Shown here piece after piece: positions 8,434-15,800 of a DNA stretch of 20,000 nucleotides. Origin of the DNA: an uncultured virus (IMG/VR IMGVR_UViG_3300046832_001626) (Duplodnaviria; Heunggongvirae; Uroviricota; Caudoviricetes); the IMG/VR virus record IMGVR_UViG_3300046832_001626; one strand, given 5' to 3'. Every line of letters starts with the position of its first letter. Within the stretch, counting starts at the first letter, position 1. A program made the translations under genes and the position numbers. The notes beneath the pieces were generated by a model, which worked only from the letters and a program-made list of their open reading frames with translations, made no database searches and had not been told where the DNA came from.

Positions 8434-10092
8434 ATGGCAGGTATTAATTTATTTGGCTTTGAACTTGTACGCAAAAAGCCAGAAACAGATATCCAACCGC
8501 AAATCACGCCGCCAGTCAGTGATGATGGAGCGATGGAAATTGGCACTGGTGGATATTTTGGAACATATCTAGACCTTGAAGCCAGTTTTAAAAACGAAGC
8601 AGATCTGATCTCTCGTTATCGCGAAATGGCATTGCAACCAGAACTTGAATCCGCAGTCGACGAAATCATCAATGAGTCAATTGTGCACGATGAGTCTGGT
8701 AAATCAGTATCAATTATTCTTGATGATTTAGATCAGCCAGATGAAATCAAAGACGCAATTCGCGAAGAATTTAAAAACGTTATTAAACTTCTAAATTTTT
8801 CCAACGATGGTTCTGGTCTTTTCAGAGACTGGTATATTGACGGAAGATTATTTTTTCAAGTTTTAGTTGATAGAACACAACCACAACTTGGTATTCAAGA
8901 GCTCGTATATATTGATCCTCGAAAGATCAAAAAAGTTCGCACTGTAAATAAGAAAAAAGATCCACGTACTGGCGCTGAAGTTGTCGCTGGTATGCAAGAG
9001 TTTTATTTGTTTAATGACAAATCATCCACACAAGGCAATCAGACAGTCAGCAACATTGGCGACGGTGCAATCAAGATTGCAGTTGATGCAATCGTCAATG
9101 TGAATTCTGGTTTGTTAGATCCAAAACGTCAGATGGTTTTGGGTTATCTGCACAAAGCCATCAAGCCATTAAACCAATTACGCATGGTTGAAGATGCTGT
9201 TGTAATCTACCGTCTATCGCGTGCCCCAGAACGTCGCGTGTTCTATATTGACGTTGGTAACATGCCACGTATCAAGGCAGATCAATATCTCCGTGACTTC
9301 ATGACAAAGTTCCGCAACAAGGTTGTCTATGACTCAACAACTGGTGAAGTTAAAGACGATCGTAAGTTCATGTCAATCATGGAAGACTTCTGGATTCCAC
9401 GTCGCGGTGAAGGTAAGTCAACAGAAATCACGACGCTCCCACCAGGACAAAATCTTGGTGAGATGGCTGACGTTAAGTATTTTGAGCAGAAACTTTATAA
9501 GTCATTGAATATTCCAATCACTCGTTTGGAGCCAGGACAAGGCTTCATGCTTGGTCGTTCACAAGAAATTACACGTGATGAAGTGAAATTCAATAAATTT
9601 ATTGAAAAACTCCGTTCCAAATTTACAGTTCTATTCGATGAACTTATGGAACGTCAGCTTGCTCTCAAGGGTATTGCTTCTGTCGACGAATGGAAGGAAC
9701 TCCGCGAGAAGATTCACTATGACTTCCTCAAGGATAATAACTTCTCTGAGTTAAGAGATGCAGATCTAACAGCTGCTAGAATGCAACTTCTTATGCAGGT
9801 CGAACAGTTTACAGGAAGATATTTCTCAAAAGCATGGGTTCAGAAGAATGTTCTTCACTTGGATGAAGAAGAAATTGAACGGATTAAGACTCAAATTGAA
9901 GAAGAGCGCGTTGAAGAACAGCAAGACAATTTACGAAAAGCTGAAGATGAGGCGATTATGAATCAGCAATTAATGCAGATTCAGGCTCAATACGCTCCAC
10001 AACAACCTGAAATGGCTGCAGCAACGCCAGAAGAAGCGGCAGCTCTAGAGCAACAAGCTGCAGCAGAACAACAAGCTGCTGCGCAACAATAA
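8434..10092 (+). CDS. gp20: Portal vertex protein gp20
   Basis: WYIDGR, YLHKAIKPLNQLRMVEDAVVIYRLSRAPERRVFYIDVGNMP and EDFWIPRRGEGKSTEITTLP motifs. Confidence 0.98.
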   Translation: MAGINLFGFELVRKKPETDIQPQITPPVSDDGAMEIGTGGYFGTYLDLEASFKNEADLISRYREMALQPELESAVDEIINESIVHDESGKSVSIILDDLDQPDEIKDAIREEFKNVIKLLNFSNDGSGLFRDWYIDGRLFFQVLVDRTQPQLGIQELVYIDPRKIKKVRTVNKKKDPRTGAEVVAGMQEFYLFNDKSSTQGNQTVSNIGDGAIKIAVDAIVNVNSGLLDPKRQMVLGYLHKAIKPLNQLRMVEDAVVIYRLSRAPERRVFYIDVGNMPRIKADQYLRDFMTKFRNKVVYDSTTGEVKDDRKFMSIMEDFWIPRRGEGKSTEITTLPPGQNLGEMADVKYFEQKLYKSLNIPITRLEPGQGFMLGRSQEITRDEVKFNKFIEKLRSKFTVLFDELMERQLALKGIASVDEWKELREKIHYDFLKDNNFSELRDADLTAARMQLLMQVEQFTGRYFSKAWVQKNVLHLDEEEIERIKTQIEEERVEEQQDNLRKAEDEAIMNQQLMQIQAQYAPQQPEMAAATPEEAAALEQQAAAEQQAAAQQ

Positions 10093-10103
10093 ATATCTAA
10101 ATA
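10088..10103 (+). promoter_or_regulatory. Adjacent late promoter motifs AATAAATA and TCTAAATA
   Basis: Two TAAATA cores immediately before the GGAG SD of the 66-aa ORF. Confidence 0.55.
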
Positions 10104-10114
10104 TTGGAGATAAT

Positions 10115-10315
10115 ATGAATAGCGAATCATTATTAAATGCAATTTTCTCTAGTGATGTGGAAGCAGCCAGCGAAGCACTTAATGGTGCTCTCGCATCAAA
10201 GGTTGCTAACGCATTAGAAGTTAAAAAAGTTGAAATCGCTTCTAATTTAATTTCTGCTCCAACAGAAATGAGTTCAGCAGAAGTAGCAACAGAAACAGTA
10301 GATGCAACAGAATAA
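10115..10315 (+). CDS. Small acidic prohead core protein (gp67-like position)
   Basis: 66 aa, GGAG SD, directly after the portal. The ALASKVANALEVKKVEIA helix resembles small T4-like prohead core proteins. Confidence 0.7.
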   Translation: MNSESLLNAIFSSDVEAASEALNGALASKVANALEVKKVEIASNLISAPTEMSSAEVATETVDATE

Positions 10316-11312
10316 CGAAGAAAATACAGAAACATTAGAAGAAGCTCGTGAAAACACAGAATTAAAAAGAGTAGTTTCACAAAGAGTTTCTTATATTACA
10401 AATGCTCTGAGATTACCTGTCTCAGCAGGCACGAGTTCACGCGCAATTCTGAATTATCTTAAGACAACAAGAAGTAATCCAAAATCATCACAATATGATG
10501 TTCTTAAAAGACTATCAAAGCAGCATCGTGATGCAGTGACAATGGTTGGTGGAGTAGTTCCAATCAGTGCAATTGTGAATGCATCAGACAATCAGATTAA
10601 AAAAATTGTTCGTGATGTTGCAACAACAAGTAAAAAATCAGTAAAAAAATTAAACGAAGAATTATTAAACGAAGAATTTCAACCACCTGCAATGCTTATC
10701 TTAAAGAGACAAGCCATTCGTCAGTTTCCAAATGCACAAAGAGTAGCAATGTATACTGATAACAAATATGGTCTGTCATTTACTGTTCCTTATGATGCAA
10801 TGGGAAGAGGATTCACAAGCGTAAATTATGCTGGCATGCCATCTACTGGCATCGCACCAACATCAGCAAGATTAAACGAAGGTATTGTAAAGCAACAAAA
10901 TAAACAATCAAAAGGAAATTTTTTGAGACAACTTGGTGCACATGCTTATATCAAAGGATTATCAAATAATGACCCTTCAATTAAAAGAGTAGGCAGAGAA
11001 GTAACGCAAAATCCAGATATCTCATCAGAAAAAACTGCAGCATTATATCGCAATTTACCAGACATGAAAACGCCACAATCATTGCGTGATGATCATGCTG
11101 CAATGCATTTACAAGAAGAAGGTGATTATTCTATCCTTACATTTACAACTGGTGAAGAAGTTTATCTTGACCAAAATACAATCAATTCCTTACAAAATGT
11201 TTTTGAATCTTTAAGCCAAGAAAATCAAGATAAGATGGTCGACATGCTTTTAGAAAATGCAGATACATTTAATCGTATTATTCAATTTGTTGAGTTAATT
11301 AAAGATGAGTAA
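10302..11312 (+). CDS. Hypothetical prohead-region protein (336 aa)
   Basis: Long ORF overlapping both neighbours. Contains the PPAMLILKRQAIRQFP...RVAMY...FTVPY block and several L-x-E motifs. Confidence 0.75.
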   Translation: MQQNNEENTETLEEARENTELKRVVSQRVSYITNALRLPVSAGTSSRAILNYLKTTRSNPKSSQYDVLKRLSKQHRDAVTMVGGVVPISAIVNASDNQIKKIVRDVATTSKKSVKKLNEELLNEEFQPPAMLILKRQAIRQFPNAQRVAMYTDNKYGLSFTVPYDAMGRGFTSVNYAGMPSTGIAPTSARLNEGIVKQQNKQSKGNFLRQLGAHAYIKGLSNNDPSIKRVGREVTQNPDISSEKTAALYRNLPDMKTPQSLRDDHAAMHLQEEGDYSILTFTTGEEVYLDQNTINSLQNVFESLSQENQDKMVDMLLENADTFNRIIQFVELIKDE

Positions 11313-12213
11313 CGATATTAACGAAAAATATGAAGATCGTTATGGTTCCGATTATGAGGAAGGGAAAGGCGCAAACAGTCAAAATATCGAAAACAGAAAG
11401 TTTGGAATCAAATCAACAGACACACTCGCTGATAAAATTTTAAAGATGAAAAAGAAAGGCGCATTTGACGAAGAAAAGAAAGCTGAAATGCCAGAAATAA
11501 ATGATGAAGAAGATAATGATGGTGAGGATGAAGAGAATAATAAAGAACTTTTTGATCATGAAGAAGAAAAAAGAATCGCTTTGATGCAATACTTAAATCC
11601 AAGAATTTTAAAATCGCGAGAAAAGAAAGAATACATGTCGAAAGCAAACATTCAAGAAGGCATTGCTGCTAGATTGAACGAGATTGCTTCTGCTAAACTA
11701 GATCTTTATAAGAAAGCAATTGCTATCAACGCAACTGTTGATTTGAGCGAAGCTCGCCGTATGAGCGCAGCAGAGAAGTTGGGTCGTGCATTTGATCTAG
11801 AACAACAAAGAAGTGCATTAAGCCGTCAACGTGGTATTGAACTGCTGAAAACACCAGAATCAATTCGCGCCGCTCATGATGCGCTTCATTCGAAGTCTGC
11901 AACAGAAGAAGAATCCGAAGTTGATCAACTCGATGAAGCAAGTCGCAATCCAAACGTTATGCGTCAGGGTAGAACAAAGATTGTAAAGGCTCGTGTGCGC
12001 GGTGGTAAGGTACAAAGAAGAAAAAGACTTTCTGCTGTGAAAGGTTATACCATTCGTGGTGGTAAATTAAAACGTATGTCAATGGCTGAAAGACTTCGCA
12101 GAAAGCGTGGTCAACGTCGTGGTAAGATTAAAAGAAAGGCAAAGATGGCTCGTGCTCTTATGAAAAGAAAAAGATCAATGAGAAGAAGAGCCTCTCTTGG
12201 ATTAAAGGAATAG
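11305..12213 (+). CDS. Prohead core protein, gp68-like C-terminus with acidic N-terminal extension
   Basis: Immediately upstream of gp21. Extremely Arg/Lys-rich C-terminus (IVKARVRGGKVQRRKRLS...KRKRSMRRRASLGL) following QLDE. Confidence 0.7.
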   Translation: MSNDINEKYEDRYGSDYEEGKGANSQNIENRKFGIKSTDTLADKILKMKKKGAFDEEKKAEMPEINDEEDNDGEDEENNKELFDHEEEKRIALMQYLNPRILKSREKKEYMSKANIQEGIAARLNEIASAKLDLYKKAIAINATVDLSEARRMSAAEKLGRAFDLEQQRSALSRQRGIELLKTPESIRAAHDALHSKSATEEESEVDQLDEASRNPNVMRQGRTKIVKARVRGGKVQRRKRLSAVKGYTIRGGKLKRMSMAERLRRKRGQRRGKIKRKAKMARALMKRKRSMRRRASLGLKE

Positions 12214-12217
12214 AAAC

Positions 12218-12862
12218 ATGAAACTTATTACAGAAACAGTTGAAGAAGTAAAGTATATCACCGAAGAAAATAACGGTGTTAAGACACTTTATATTCAAGG
12301 TCCATTTCTTGTCGCTGAGACAAAGAACCGTAATGGACGTTCATATCCAGTTAGCGTTCTCGAAAACGAAGTAAATCGTTATATGAAGGAATATGTGGAT
12401 AAGAACCGTGCATTCGGCGAACTTGGTCACCCAGAGTCTCCTACGATTAATCTAGAGCGCGTCTCTCATATGATTACTAATATCACAAAGAACGGAAACG
12501 TCTTTGAAGGTAAAGCAAAAGTTCTTGATACGCCTATGGGTAAGATCGCAAAGAATCTTATGGAAGCAGGGGCTACTCTTGGAGTATCTTCACGCGGTAT
12601 GGGTTCTTTGAAGAATGTAAACGGTACAAATATCGTGCAACCAGACTTTTACCTGGCTACAGCAGCCGATATCGTTGCAGATCCTTCTGCTCCTGGTGCT
12701 TTTGTACAGGGAATCATGGAAGGAAAGGAGTGGATTTGGGATAACGGATTAGTACGAGAGCTTGATGTCAATGCATATTATGAAGAAATTAAGACAGCAA
12801 AACAAAAGCAGCTTGATGACATCTCTTTAAAGATCTTCGAGAACTTTTTGTCAAAGTTATAA
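12218..12862 (+). CDS. gp21: Prohead protease gp21
   Basis: MKLITE, KNRNGRSY, catalytic GELGHP and GVSSRGMGS, DIVADPSAP motifs. Confidence 0.97.
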   Translation: MKLITETVEEVKYITEENNGVKTLYIQGPFLVAETKNRNGRSYPVSVLENEVNRYMKEYVDKNRAFGELGHPESPTINLERVSHMITNITKNGNVFEGKAKVLDTPMGKIAKNLMEAGATLGVSSRGMGSLKNVNGTNIVQPDFYLATAADIVADPSAPGAFVQGIMEGKEWIWDNGLVRELDVNAYYEEIKTAKQKQLDDISLKIFENFLSKL

Positions 12863-12866
12863 GTTT

Positions 12867-12874
12867 TATAAATA
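12867..12874 (+). promoter_or_regulatory. T4 late promoter TATAAATA upstream of gp22
   Basis: Exact consensus in the intergenic gap, followed by an AGGAG SD. Confidence 0.8.
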
Positions 12875-12898
12875 ATAATACCTCGTCAGGAGTTATAA

Positions 12899-15800
12899 AT
12901 GGCGCATAAAACATTACATGAATCGGCAGCAGAAATTCTTGCAGCATCAGTTGCAGCTGCTGGCAAAGAACCAGTTCCAATGGCTACAGTTGCGCAGACT
13001 GCTGTTGACCTTGGCGGTGAAATGACTACAGGCGCAGTAACTCCTATTGGATCTGCAAGTTCAAGTCTTGTAAATGTTTCTCCAAAACCAGGTCGTCCAG
13101 GAGTGCCTGCTGAGCCAATGAAAACCGTGTCACCAATGTCTGGTGAGGGTGAAGCTGAAGAAGGCGACGAATCAGAAGAAATGGAATCTGAAGAAAAAGA
13201 CGAAAACGAGTTGATGGAAGAACTAATTCAAGAACACGGCGCAGAAATGGTTCTTGAAAGCCTCATCGCAGAATATGGTGATGAAAATGTATTCCATAGC
13301 ATTATGGAAGAATATACAGCTGAGTATGGTGAAGATCTAGTAAACGAGAAATTTGCAGAAACATTGTCTGAAGAAATTGGCGAAGACAATGTTATCAATC
13401 TAGTTGCCGAAAGCGTTATCGCAGAATTTGGTGAACTACAATTCACAGATGAAGAATTTGCTTCAATTCAAGAGCAATCACAAAACTTCATCACAGAAAT
13501 GCAAACACTTTCTGAGGAAGATTTCGATAACTATGTCGCAAATCTAACTGAAGAAGAATTAATTCAAGCAATTCAACTTTCTTCTCTCAACGAAGAATAT
13601 CTTGTTGAGTTCTTAAAGAAAATTGGTAAGGCACTCAAAAAGGGTGTAAAGGCTGTTGGTAAAGTTGCTGGTAAAGTTCTCAAAAATCCACTATTGAGCA
13701 CAGCACTATCATTTGCACTTCCAGGTGTTGGTGGTATCGCAGCAAAACTTGGTGGAAAACTCGCAAGTACTGCACTTGGTAAAGCTGTTTCAGGCATTGG
13801 TTCAAAGATTGCAGGTAGCGCACTCGGTAAAGCAGTAGGTGCTGGAGTTGGCAAACTCGGTTCAACAGTTCTTGGCAGAGGCGCATTGGCTGCTGGTAAA
13901 GAAGCACTCAAGGGCGGCGTGATGTCAAAATTGCAAGGTGGCAGTTTCAAACAAGGTGCTATCGGTGGTGCTGCTGGATCTATTGGCGGTGGACTCGGCG
14001 GTGCAGTAGCAGCGAGAACTGGCTCAAACACGCTAGGTAATTTGGTTGGCGACGTTGCTTCAACAAAACTTGCTGGCGGCAGATCTGCAGATATTAAAAA
14101 TACAGCATTAGGTTCAGTAAGCGGTGGTCTTAGCGCACTTGCTCAATCAAGAAGACAAGCAGCAGGTGGTGACGAAGGTGGTGCAGAAGATAATGTTGCC
14201 ACAGCAGCAGCGGATGATGAACCAGAAGAAAGAGTTGCTGCAGCTCCAAGACCGCAAACACCTCCAGCTGGAGCACAAAGATTACTTGCATTGCGCAACA
14301 GATTTGGTGCAGCCCGTAGTGTTGCCGAATCAGTAAAACAAAATGATTTTAATGTTCTTCTAGAAGAAATTGTCAATCAAACAAATCAAAACATTGAACA
14401 GCTTGATGATGATTCCTATGAAAACATTGTCAATGAATCAGATGCATTTGTTTCTGCTATTAATGAGTTGTCAGATGAAGAACTTGATAACTATTTCTCA
14501 GATTTAAATGAAGAACAACTAGTTTATGCTGTTTCTTTAATGAGTCTTGCAGAAGCAAGAACAGCACCTGCTCAAGCAAAACCAAGTGCTTGGAGCAAAC
14601 TCAAGAGCAGCAAACTCGCTAGAGCAGTACCCGTTCTTGGAACAGTTCTCGGCGCAGGTTATGCTGCCGATAGACTTCGTGCTGGAGATTATGTTGGCGC
14701 TGGATTAGGTGCAGCAAGTATGTTACCTGGTGCTGGATTAGCAGCTGTTGGCGCTGACATTGCCAGAGATTATATTCCTGGCATAAAATCAACACTTGGA
14801 TCAGAAGGTTCATTGCAGCAAGCAGCCAGCAAATCAAAAGTTGGTAAAGCAATTTCAAAGGCTACAGATCCAGTAGCACGTGTTGCATGGGATCCAGCTG
14901 CGGCAGCAATCGGCAAAGCACTATACAACGACAAAGGCGAAGCAAGATTAGCAAATGCCGCAGGGGCTGTACGTGATACCGCTTCAGCAGCTGCTAGAAA
15001 CGTCGCTGGAGCTGCTAGAAACGTTGCTGGTGGTGCAGCAAGAAGAGTTGCTTCTCTAGCATCTAATATGGTTCCAGCAGCAAGAGCTGCAACACCAGCT
15101 GCAAAACCTGCTGCTAAACCTGCAGCAAAGTCTGCTGCTAACCCAAAACAACAAGGTTCTGTTGGAGCAAATCTTGCATCATCAAGCGGTGGAATGTTTG
15201 CATCAAAATCAGATCGACTCAATCAATCAAAAGTTGATTCAGTTCTGGGTAAAGGTAAATTTAAAGCAGGTTCTGCAGAAGCAAATCTTGCATTACAACG
15301 TCACTTCAATAAAAAAGGCACAATGGGTGAATCAATGGAAATTGAACAAACAAACGAAGAAGAGTCACTACTTGAGCAAAATGCTCTTGAGTTTATCGAT
15401 CATCTTTCAACTCTTTCAGAGGAAGAAGCTGCAATCATCGTTGATCAATTATCAGATGAAGAAGCTGAGTACATTGATTCATTGATGGAAAGCAGATTAA
15501 ATCTATTAAGAGGCGGACGAGGTGCACGAGGTGCAGGCGGTAGAGGTAGAACACCAGCTGCCAGACCAGCTGCCAGACCAGCTGCCAGACCAGCTGGTGG
15601 AATCGGTAAAGGTAAAGCCGCTGCAGCAACTGCCGCTGGCGTTGCTGCTGGTTACGGCGCATCTAAAGCAGTAGATGCATTAACAGGTTCTAATGCTCCA
15701 GCAAAACCAGATAAACCAGTTAAACCATCTAAACCAGCTGCAATGAGCGATGAGCAAAAGTATGGTAAGATCGGCGCTGAGATTCGTAAATTGGATCCAG

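Noticed and set aside
9950..10092. Gln/Ala/Glu-rich tail of the portal protein
   Set aside because: Variable low-complexity C-termini are ordinary in T4-like gp20 proteins.
13573..15222. Long minus-strand ORFs (152 aa at 13573-14031, 150 aa at 14770-15222) opposite the gp22 cargos
   Set aside because: They are antisense shadows of Gly/Ala-rich codons (gct/gca/ggt), which lack reverse stops; no SD or recognisable motifs.
15554..15596. PAAR peptide repeat as a PAAR spike domain or a CRISPR-like repeat
   Set aside because: It is a simple in-frame 12-nt tandem repeat with no spacers, and none of the Cys/His pattern of PAAR-domain proteins.
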